From assembly GCA_046758705.1 (NCBI GenBank), contig JBHIAT010000016.1:1-34349 (forward strand): a stretch of 34,349 nucleotides of DNA. Reading direction: 5' to 3'. Position numbers and translations under genes: made by a program. Under the pieces are notes generated by a model. It made no database searches, was not told where the DNA came from, and saw nothing but the letters and a program-made list of their open reading frames with translations. This stretch comes from Candidatus Bipolaricaulia bacterium (GTDB taxonomy: Bacteria > Bipolaricaulota > Bipolaricaulia > JBHIAT01). This document shows positions 8,672-18,057 of the stretch, in pieces (the stretch's first letter is position 1; each line of letters opens with the position of its first letter).

Positions 8672-9017
8672 ATGGAAAGGGAGACAAGACCTAAGGAAGC
8701 GGAACATAATCCTGTACTCTGTCATCGGGTTTTTGGGTTTGGTGGTCATCCTGCTCGTCGTCGGCCTGTACAATCAAAACCGCAGGGAAGCACCCCCCAG
8801 CACGATTCAGCTGTCCCTGGATCAGGAGAAGGTTTACGTTCAGGCAATCAGCGAATACAAATGCACCTGCGACGCCTGCGATCTGGTCCTGATCGATTGC
8901 CACTGCCCGACGGCGCTGGACACCCAGAAGGACATCCGCACCCGGCTCGCGGACGGCGCCACCTATGAGGATATCGTCTTCCTGCTGGAGCGGATCTACG
9001 GCGCGCCCAAGGCATAG
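8672..9017 (+). CDS. Small membrane-anchored Cys-rich CcmH-like protein; 5' end uncertain (possible frameshift)
   Basis: YKCTCDACDLVLIDCHCPTA...IRTRLADG.T.EDI...L..IYG resembles the CcmH N-domain. The RBS-preceded ATG 8672 is out of frame with the body; the first in-frame canonical start is TTG 8733. Confidence 0.6.
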
Positions 9018-9025
9018 GGTAACAG

Positions 9026-9451
9026 GTGAATCCCATGGTTGCGAAGACCCGAAAGAAGCGCTACCAGATGGCCGTCGGGGTCACGGTGATCGTGATCGGA
9101 ATCGGGTACCTGCTGATCTCAAGCTTCTCCGGAACCACCGTCTACTACTATCAGGTCGATGAGCTAAGCGATCTGGAGATCCTCCCCACCGAGCGGATCC
9201 GGGTGAGCGGGCAACTGGTTCCGGGGACGGTCAACTACGACCCCACGATCCCGATGTTACGGTTCACCCTGGCGAGCGAGGGCAGCTCAGCACAACTTCA
9301 GGTCATCTATCGGGAGATCCAACCCGATAACTTCCTGAGGAGCACCGAGGTGGTGGTGACCGGTTACCTGGAGGGCGATCGATTCACCGCCGAGGAGATG
9401 TTGGTCAAGTGCCCGTCGCGGTATGAGTCCGTCCCAGAGGAGGGAAGCTGA
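9026..9451 (+). CDS. ccmE: Heme chaperone CcmE, CxxxY type
   Basis: N-terminal TM, IRVSG.LVPG, PDNF...EVVVTG, MLVKCPSRY. Confidence 0.93.
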   Translation: MNPMVAKTRKKRYQMAVGVTVIVIGIGYLLISSFSGTTVYYYQVDELSDLEILPTERIRVSGQLVPGTVNYDPTIPMLRFTLASEGSSAQLQVIYREIQPDNFLRSTEVVVTGYLEGDRFTAEEMLVKCPSRYESVPEEGS

Positions 9452-11415
<1,964 letters not shown>

Positions 11416-11419
<4 letters not shown>

Positions 11420-11892
11420 ACCTAAGCCTAAGCTCAAGCTCAGGCAAAGCGCTCCCGGTGACGTTGATCTTGCTGATCTTTCTGGCCTCGACCCCCGTCT
11501 CCGATATCGAGGACCAGCTGATCTGCCAATGCGGCTGCACCATGGTCGTCTCCTCCTGCCAGTGTAGCGTGGCCGATGAGATGCGCGCTGAGATCGCCGC
11601 CAAGTTGGAGATGGGAATCACATCTGGACAGATCATCCAGGGGTTTGTCGATCGCTACGGCGAGGCGGTCCTCTCCGCCCCCACCAAACGCGGGTTCAAT
11701 CTGACCGCCTGGGTGACCCCGTTCGTCGCCGTCGTCGCTGGCTTGGTCCTGCTTTATTTCATTGTGCGGGGACTTGTCTCGCGAGGAGGACAGTTGGTCG
11801 AGAACCGCCCTCCGGCCTCGGCAAATCTGGACGAGGAGACGCGAGCGCGGATCCGGGAGGAAATCGACGAGGAGCTCAAGGGCTACATGTGA
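11416..11892 (+). CDS. ccmH: CcmH-like cytochrome c biogenesis protein (CxCGC...CxC variant)
   Basis: LICQCGCTMVVSSCQCSVADEMRAEI, FVDRYGEAVLSAP...GFN..AW..P. ATGA overlap with ccmF. Confidence 0.8.
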
Positions 11893-11902
11893 GGTGTTCC
11901 CC

Positions 11903-12166
11903 ATGTTCGCAACCACCGTGGGTCTGCTGATCGCGGCGGCCGTCGGCCTTTATATCTTCCTCCCTTATTTCATCGGAGAGGAGAAACAGCGAGAGGAAGA
12001 CCCGATGGACCGGGAAATCAGACGGGAGGAGCTGATGAGAGAGCTCGCCGATCTGGAGTACGACCTCCAGACCGGAAAACTGAGGCAGGCGGACTACGAA
12101 GCGCTCCGGGCCGATCTGGAGAACCAGCTGGTACAACTCAAGGGGGAACCATCAGATGATCGGTGA
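11903..12166 (+). CDS. Small membrane protein resembling the CcmI N-terminal region
   Basis: TM followed by ELADLEYDLQTGKL..ADYEAL. RBS GAGGTG before ATG 11903. Confidence 0.65.
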   Translation: MFATTVGLLIAAAVGLYIFLPYFIGEEKQREEDPMDREIRREELMRELADLEYDLQTGKLRQADYEALRADLENQLVQLKGEPSDDR

Positions 12167-12893
12167 GGGCAACCACCCTGACCTGCTGGAGCTGGTCGAC
12201 GTCTCCAAGGTAATTGGAGACCGTAAGATTCTCAACCGAATCTCCTTCCGATTCAGACGGGGAAAGCGCTACTACCTGGCGGGCGCGAACGGCTCCGGCA
12301 AGACGACCCTGTTCAAGGTGATCGCCTCCCGCATGAGGGCAACCCGCGGACAGGTCCGATACGAAGGCCGCAACATCGCAGATCTCGATGGGCAGTATTT
12401 GAGAAAGGTCGCGTTTCTGTCGCACGAGCTGAACATGTACGAAGAGTTGAGCGGCCTGGACAACCTCGAATTCTTCGGCCAGGTGTACCGGGTTCCAAGA
12501 CCCTGGGAACGGGCCATGGAGTTGATCGAGCGGGTCGGCCTGAGACTGTTCGCAAACGAGCGGGTGAAATACTACTCGCGCGGGATGCGCCAGCGACTGG
12601 CGGTCGCCAAAGCCCTGCTCCACGATCCGACTGTGCTCCTGTTCGATGAGCCGTTCGCCGGGTTGGATCTGCGGGGTGTGGCCATGCTGGAGGAGATCAT
12701 CGACGAGATGCTGCCCAAAGGTCAAGGGCTGTTCATCCTGGCGACACACGATCCAGGGATCGCCTGGAGGTTAACAGATCACTATCTCTATTTGGAACGG
12801 GGCACGCTCCAATCCTATGGGGGCCAGGAACGGTACGTTCACCAGGATATCGAGCGCAAACTGAGGGAAGCGCGGGATGTGGGGGTGTACTGA
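12156..12893 (+). CDS. ccmA: Heme ABC exporter ATPase CcmA
   Basis: GANGSGKTT, YSRGMRQRL, LLFDEPFAGLD; ccm context. Confidence 0.9.
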   Translation: MIGEGNHPDLLELVDVSKVIGDRKILNRISFRFRRGKRYYLAGANGSGKTTLFKVIASRMRATRGQVRYEGRNIADLDGQYLRKVAFLSHELNMYEELSGLDNLEFFGQVYRVPRPWERAMELIERVGLRLFANERVKYYSRGMRQRLAVAKALLHDPTVLLFDEPFAGLDLRGVAMLEEIIDEMLPKGQGLFILATHDPGIAWRLTDHYLYLERGTLQSYGGQERYVHQDIERKLREARDVGVY

Positions 12894-13570
12894 TGGAGCT
12901 CATCACCGGAGCATGGCTGGTCTTCAAAAAGGACATCCGCTATGAGCTTGAGAACAAGGAGACGCTGATTATCCTGTTCGTCTTCTCGCTGACTGTCGCG
13001 CTCACCTTCAACTTCGCCTTCGACCTGTCCCGTACGGAAGCCCGCCGGTTCCTGCCGGGGTTGATCTGGATCACGGCGTTGTTTGCGAGCGTTTTGGGCT
13101 TCAACAAGAGTATGGCGTTTGAAAAACGGGGCGATGCCTACGGCGGACTGCTGATCGCCCCTATCCCGAAGACATCGATATTCTTGGGAAAAGTCTCGAG
13201 CTCGTTGGTCTTCCTGTGGGCCGTGGAGATGGTGGTGATCCCGCTGTTCTTCCTGTTTTTCAACGTCGAGCTGTCGGCCAAGATCTTCGGCTTCCTGGTC
13301 ATCGTATTCCTGTTGGGGAGCGTGGGGCTTTCGGTCATCGGCTCGTTTCTGACGAACCTGTGTCAGGGATCCAAAAACAGCGAGATCCTGTTCTCCTTGG
13401 GCTACTTTCCCCTGGTCGTTCCGATCTTGATATCGGGCACGAAGCTCTCTGCGGGCATACTAGACGGGAAGTCGATCGTCGCAGGTCCGTGGGTGAAGCT
13501 GTTGATCATCTTCGGTCTGGTCTACACGGTCATCTGTCTTCTGTTGTTTGAGTATCTGGTGGAGGAATGA
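12893..13570 (+). CDS. ccmB: Heme exporter protein B
   Basis: KKDIRYE, PGLIW, FE..G...GLLIAP, IFLGK, FPLVVPILI; multi-TM. Confidence 0.9.
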   Translation: MELITGAWLVFKKDIRYELENKETLIILFVFSLTVALTFNFAFDLSRTEARRFLPGLIWITALFASVLGFNKSMAFEKRGDAYGGLLIAPIPKTSIFLGKVSSSLVFLWAVEMVVIPLFFLFFNVELSAKIFGFLVIVFLLGSVGLSVIGSFLTNLCQGSKNSEILFSLGYFPLVVPILISGTKLSAGILDGKSIVAGPWVKLLIIFGLVYTVICLLLFEYLVEE

Positions 13571-14268
13571 AGGAGATGAACGGCATCATGAACCGAAGAA
13601 GGATCGCCTTGTTGCTGCTCACCGCCGTGTTGATGGGGGTGAACCTGTATCTGATCTTCATCTACGCACCGAAAGAGCAGATCATGGGGGATGTCCAGAG
13701 GATATTCTACTTCCACATGCCGTTGGCCATCATCAGTTTCTTGGCGTTCCTGCTGACCTTTGTGAGCGGGATCCTTTACCTGAGGAGCCGGGATGTGAGG
13801 CATGACCTTCGAGCTCGGGCCTCTGCCGAAGTCGGATTGGTCTTCCTCAGCTTAGCGCTCATCACCGGCTCCCTGTGGGCCAAGGCGACCTGGGGGGTCT
13901 ACTGGACCTGGGAGCCGCGGCTGACCACGACGTTTATCCTGTGGCTCATGTACGTCTTCTATCTGACCCTGAGGGGGTATATCGAAGATCGGGAGAAGAT
14001 GCGGACGATCACGGCCGCCTACGGCGTGATCAGCTTTATCAACGTCCCGATCGTCTTCATGTCGATCCGTTGGTGGAGGACACTCCATCCGGTGTTGATC
14101 GATACCAATGAGATCGCGATGGAGCCGCCCATGGTCGTTGCCCTGATCTTCTCGATCTTCACGTTCGTGGGTCTGTTCGCCCTGCTGTTGAGTGAACGGA
14201 CCCGACTGGCCAAACTGGAACATGAGCTCCAACGCGCCAAAGAGCGGATAAAGGAGGCATGGCGATGA
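13567..14268 (+). CDS. ccmC: Heme exporter protein C
   Basis: QRIFYFHMP, WAKATWGVYWTWEPRLTT, SIRWWRTLHP. Confidence 0.95.
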   Translation: MKEMNGIMNRRRIALLLLTAVLMGVNLYLIFIYAPKEQIMGDVQRIFYFHMPLAIISFLAFLLTFVSGILYLRSRDVRHDLRARASAEVGLVFLSLALITGSLWAKATWGVYWTWEPRLTTTFILWLMYVFYLTLRGYIEDREKMRTITAAYGVISFINVPIVFMSIRWWRTLHPVLIDTNEIAMEPPMVVALIFSIFTFVGLFALLLSERTRLAKLEHELQRAKERIKEAWR

Positions 14269-14411
14269 CTTCCTTGTATGCAGCGTTCTCGATCGTGTGG
14301 GCAGTGTTCTTCGCCTACAACGCTTATCTGATGCGGAGAACGAATGACCTCGAGAACGAGGTCCGATCTCTGAAGGATTTTCTCGCGAGCCCGGGGAATA
14401 GAGATGGCTGA
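14265..14411 (+). CDS. ccmD: CcmD-like small membrane protein (48 aa, not in ORF track)
   Basis: Manual translation MTSLYAAFSIVWAVFFAYNAYLMRRTNDLENEVRSL...; RBS AAGGAGG; ATGA overlap with the ccmC stop. Confidence 0.8.
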   Translation: MTSLYAAFSIVWAVFFAYNAYLMRRTNDLENEVRSLKDFLASPGNRDG

Positions 14412-14976
14412 ACAAAAGGGACAGCGGTTCGTTCTGCTGCTGCTCATCAGCTTCGCTGCGGTCGCGGTCGCCGCCACGGTGATCACCCCGGGGCTGGTCG
14501 ACGAACCTTCGCCCCAACCCCGACCTGCCGCCGAGCGTTCCGGGACGGAACAGGAGGGGCTAATCGAGATGCTCGAGATCTATGAGCATCTCGCCGAACA
14601 GAACCCTGAAAACCCGGATTACCGGGTCATCCTGGGGAACCTCTACTCCCAGCTCGGGGATTGGAGCAGAGCCGCGGAGAACCTGGTGCAGGCCGCGGAA
14701 CTGGAACCCGAGAACGCACATCTGCAGATTGACCTGGGGATCACCCTGTGGCACGCCGGACGTGAGGAGGAGGGTCTGGTCCATTTCGATGAGGCGCTGC
14801 GTCTGGATCCGTCCCTGATCTTCGCCCGCTATTACAAGGGGATGCTTCTCGGCGGGATGGCCGGACGAGAGGAAGAGGCAATCGCCGAGTTGGAACAGGT
14901 GCTCGCCGACGCTGAGGATCCGGAACTCATCGGTCAAGCCGGAGCGGTGTTGCGAACGTTGCTCGGTCGCCGGTAA
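14404..14976 (+). CDS. Membrane-anchored TPR protein (CcmI/NrfG-like)
   Basis: N-terminal hydrophobic anchor, TPR motifs (LGNLYSQLG, LGITLWHAG, ALRLDP); last gene of the ccm cluster. Confidence 0.75.
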   Translation: MAEQKGQRFVLLLLISFAAVAVAATVITPGLVDEPSPQPRPAAERSGTEQEGLIEMLEIYEHLAEQNPENPDYRVILGNLYSQLGDWSRAAENLVQAAELEPENAHLQIDLGITLWHAGREEEGLVHFDEALRLDPSLIFARYYKGMLLGGMAGREEEAIAELEQVLADAEDPELIGQAGAVLRTLLGRR

Positions 14977-15060
14977 GAAGGGATCCCAGAATAAGCCTTC
15001 CATCCACCTCCGCCACGTCCAGCAGAACGGCCCATCGAGAACTTAGATCATCGCTTTAAA

Positions 15061-15173
15061 TGACATAAATCATCGACTTATGTCATGATGATCCAAATTT
15101 ATACCATATAAGACCTATATTTTTTTTATAAATGACCAAAAACATTGACTTGTGCTCAGAAACGTGATATTTT
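15061..15173 (+). promoter_or_regulatory. Sigma70 promoter with Crp/Fnr-type boxes
   Basis: TTGACT 15145-15150, 17 nt, TATTTT 15168-15173. Box TGACcaaaAACA 15133-15144 abuts the -35. Upstream double box at 15061-15085. Confidence 0.65.
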
Positions 15174-15208
15174 TATGTGAGTTTGAAGAAGCAAGGAGGT
15201 GAGAAGCG

Positions 15209-16972
15209 ATGAAGACGGGCTTGATCATCACACTCGTTGCGGCCTTGGTGGTTGGGATAGGGGCAGCCGTGGTGCTCACCCAAGAGAGTAAGCAAACCCC
15301 TCCAGCAGCCAGGATCGAGCTTGAGGGCGAGATAGAGGGGGTGGTTGACGAGCAAGGTCATCCGATCAAGACTTCGGCCCTGTCCAACGTCGGGGTCGGC
15401 ACCTACGTGTTCCTCAAGGGCATCGGCGAGGGCGAAGAGATCATCGCCATGGCCTGGGAGTTCACCCCGCCCAGGGGTTCGGCGGCCACCCTGACCAAGG
15501 TAGACGACGGCCTGCCCACCCATGCCTACTTCATGGCTGACGTGGTAGGACAGTATAGGGTCAAGCTCACCGTTACCGACTCGCACGGTACCACGGGCGA
15601 GGCGACGCTGATGGTCAATGCTGGCACCTATGTCGGCGTCGGCAACGTTGCCGGGGCTCTGGCCCGCCCGCCTCAGTGTGCCATTTGCCATGCTGAACAG
15701 GCTGCAAGTTGGGCTGAGACCGATCACGCCAGCATGTTCACGCGTGGGGTAGACGGCATTGTCAGTAGCCACTATGGGGAATCCTGTGTTGCGTGCCACA
15801 CGGTGGGCTACGACGAGACGGCCGACAACGGCGGCTTCGACGACGTGGCTGCCCGAGTGGGCTGGACGTTCCCGGAGACCCTACAGCCGGGCAACTGGGA
15901 TGCTATCCCCGGCGAGCTGAAGCAACTGGGGAATATCGGGTGCGAGAACTGTCACGGTCCGGGCAGTGAGCACAGCAGCAGGCTGGAAGGCATTGCCACC
16001 TCCCTGAGTGCGGACAACTGCGGCTTCTGCCACAATGAGCCCTGGCGGCACATCAGGAACGTGCAGTGGGCGAACTCGGGCCATGCCGACACCACATCTC
16101 GCGCTTTCACCTATCCCATCGGCGAAGGACACGAAAGTTGCGTGAGGTGCCACTCCGGTGAAGCTTTCGTGGACATGGCCGAAGGCAAGGAAGAGCTTCG
16201 CCTGGGCTTCCAGACCATCACCTGTGCCGTGTGCCATGACCCGCATAGCGCGGAGCACGAGACTCAACTGCGCGTGGTGGACGAGGTCACCCTGCCCGAT
16301 GGCACTGAGGTCACCGGCGTTGGTGCCTCTGCCTTGTGTATGAGTTGCCACAATGGCCGCCGCGGCCCCGGCGAGGTTGCCGAGGCGGAACCGCACTATC
16401 CGCACTACAGCACGGCCGCGGAGATGATCACTGGCACCGGCGGCTTCGACTATGGCGAGTCGGTGGAGGACTCCATACACGTGACCATGACGCGTGTCGG
16501 CTGCGTGGACTGCCACATGGCCGCAACGCCAGGCTGGGCAGATAGGGAAAGGACCCAACCTCTGCCTGGCCACGACGAGGTCGGTGCCCATACCTTCAAC
16601 GTGACCTCGTCGGACGGTGTGGAGAACCTGGCGGCTTGCACTAGCTGTCACCTCGACCTGAAGAACTTCAACCGGACCGCGCGCGCCGACTACGACGGCA
16701 ACGGCACGGTAGAGGGCATTCAGGATGAGGTGCAGAGCCTGTTGGATCTGGTCTTCGATGCCATCCTGGCCAGCGGTGTCGAGTGGCTAGGGCACTATCC
16801 CTACTGGGACAATGTGACCACCGAAGCCCAGAAGGCTGCTATCTTCAACTGGAGCTTTGTCGATCACGACGGCAGTCTGGGCATCCACAACACTGCCCGT
16901 GCTGTACAGCTGTTGCAGCGGAGCTACACGGGCTTGACCGGTGAGGATGTGCCGGGAGCTGATCTGCGTTAG
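15209..16972 (+). CDS. Exported/anchored 9-heme cytochrome c with N-terminal PKD/Ig-like domain
   Basis: 9 CxxCH (CAICH, CVACH, CENCH, CGFCH, CVRCH, CAVCH, CMSCH, CVDCH, CTSCH), GQYRVKLTVTDS, C-terminal DGSLGIHN. RBS AAGGAGG. Confidence 0.9.
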   Translation: MKTGLIITLVAALVVGIGAAVVLTQESKQTPPAARIELEGEIEGVVDEQGHPIKTSALSNVGVGTYVFLKGIGEGEEIIAMAWEFTPPRGSAATLTKVDDGLPTHAYFMADVVGQYRVKLTVTDSHGTTGEATLMVNAGTYVGVGNVAGALARPPQCAICHAEQAASWAETDHASMFTRGVDGIVSSHYGESCVACHTVGYDETADNGGFDDVAARVGWTFPETLQPGNWDAIPGELKQLGNIGCENCHGPGSEHSSRLEGIATSLSADNCGFCHNEPWRHIRNVQWANSGHADTTSRAFTYPIGEGHESCVRCHSGEAFVDMAEGKEELRLGFQTITCAVCHDPHSAEHETQLRVVDEVTLPDGTEVTGVGASALCMSCHNGRRGPGEVAEAEPHYPHYSTAAEMITGTGGFDYGESVEDSIHVTMTRVGCVDCHMAATPGWADRERTQPLPGHDEVGAHTFNVTSSDGVENLAACTSCHLDLKNFNRTARADYDGNGTVEGIQDEVQSLLDLVFDAILASGVEWLGHYPYWDNVTTEAQKAAIFNWSFVDHDGSLGIHNTARAVQLLQRSYTGLTGEDVPGADLR

Positions 16973-17080
16973 CTTGAGCAGATGCAGGTAGAGATCGGTG
17001 GATCATCGCCGGCTTCCCTAAGTCCCCCTGCCGAGGGAGGACAGGGAGTAACCCTGGTAGTCCACTTTACAACGAGGTAG

Positions 17081-17126
17081 ACCGGGAGCCCGATGGCTTG
17101 AGGTCGTCGGGCTCCTGGTGCTTTTT
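17081..17126 (+). terminator. Long stem-loop between convergent genes
   Basis: ACCGGGAGCCCGATGGC-TTGAG-GTCGTCGGGCTCCTGGT followed by GCTTTTT. Confidence 0.7.
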
Positions 17127-17164
17127 AGCGCGCGAGGTTTTCGTAGATGCGAAATGTCCGTGGT

Positions 17165-17932
17165 TCACTCGCCAAGCCGCTCCAGCGCGGCTTTTGCCAG
17201 ATCGAATGCTCTGTCGATACCCGCTTCTATCTCGGCCAGTGCGAACGAGTGCCATTTCACCCGGACCGTCTCCATCTCCTCAACGGCCCTGACGAGCAAC
17301 GCCTTCGTCTCAGCAGTATCGAGGAAGCCCTGCACCCGCTCCTGCTCGATCAGCCTGTCTACCAGGTCGATCACCGTCTGGTTCCGGTTCATCATCGAGA
17401 GCAGGTAACGCGCCTGGATGGGCTTGTCGGGAGAGATGCCCAACCGCTCGTTGTGACACACGCTGCAGGTCGCCTGCAGTTCCTCCGGTTCCAGCACGTG
17501 GATTGCCATGAACCCGTGACAGGTCACACAGTTTGGCCCCCTCCCGGTGGTCTCAAGCTGGCGGTAGTGCAGGCTCTCCGAGAAGTTGCGGAACACCTCC
17601 CCGTGGCAACTCCCACAGGTTCTGGGAATGTTGGTGAAGTAGACCTTGCTTCTGGGATCCCGGGAGGAGTAGATGCCCTCATGGGCCGATTCCCGGTCCG
17701 TCGCGACCGGGTTCCCTCCATGGCAGGCTTCGCAGGTCACCCCGGCCTGTGCGTGGGAGGAGTCCTGCCACGGGAGAAATGTGTGAGCGACCAACGTCCG
17801 ATCGGGAAGCTCCCGATGACAACTCACACAGGTGTTCTCCGGCTCGGAAGAGCGGAGCGGCTGAGTTTGCAAGACCAACAAGGCTGCCACCAGGGACAGG
17901 GACAGAGACATAGCGATCAGTGTTCTCCTCAT
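17165..17932 (-). CDS. Periplasmic pentaheme cytochrome c
   Basis: Signal peptide MRRTLIAMSLSLSLVAALL; 5 CxxCH (CVSCH, CEACH, CGSCH, CVTCH, CSVCH). RBS GGGAG supports ATG 17932; the track's 18307 start overlaps the upstream gene. Confidence 0.88.
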   Translation of the reverse strand: MRRTLIAMSLSLSLVAALLVLQTQPLRSSEPENTCVSCHRELPDRTLVAHTFLPWQDSSHAQAGVTCEACHGGNPVATDRESAHEGIYSSRDPRSKVYFTNIPRTCGSCHGEVFRNFSESLHYRQLETTGRGPNCVTCHGFMAIHVLEPEELQATCSVCHNERLGISPDKPIQARYLLSMMNRNQTVIDLVDRLIEQERVQGFLDTAETKALLVRAVEEMETVRVKWHSFALAEIEAGIDRAFDLAKAALERLGE

Positions 17933-17952
17933 GACGCTCACTCCCGTGATCC

Positions 17953-18015
17953 ATTTTAACCGGGTTGCCGACGGTGTGCCATGATCAACATCATCGGACG
18001 GGATGCACATCATCA
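17953..18015 (-). promoter_or_regulatory. Class II Crp/Fnr-type internal promoter
   Basis: TGATcaacATCA 17982-17993, degenerate TGCAcatcATCA 18004-18015. TAAAAT on the minus strand (17958-17953), 23 nt from the box. Confidence 0.68.
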
Positions 18016-18057
18016 TGCCGGGATGTGATCGATACGGACAGGAGCGGGCGGTGATGG

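Noticed and set aside
17015-17047. Imperfect hairpin TCCCT..GTCCCCCTGCCGAGGGAGGACAGGGA
   Set aside because: Single copy with no U tract; cannot support a REP or ncRNA call.
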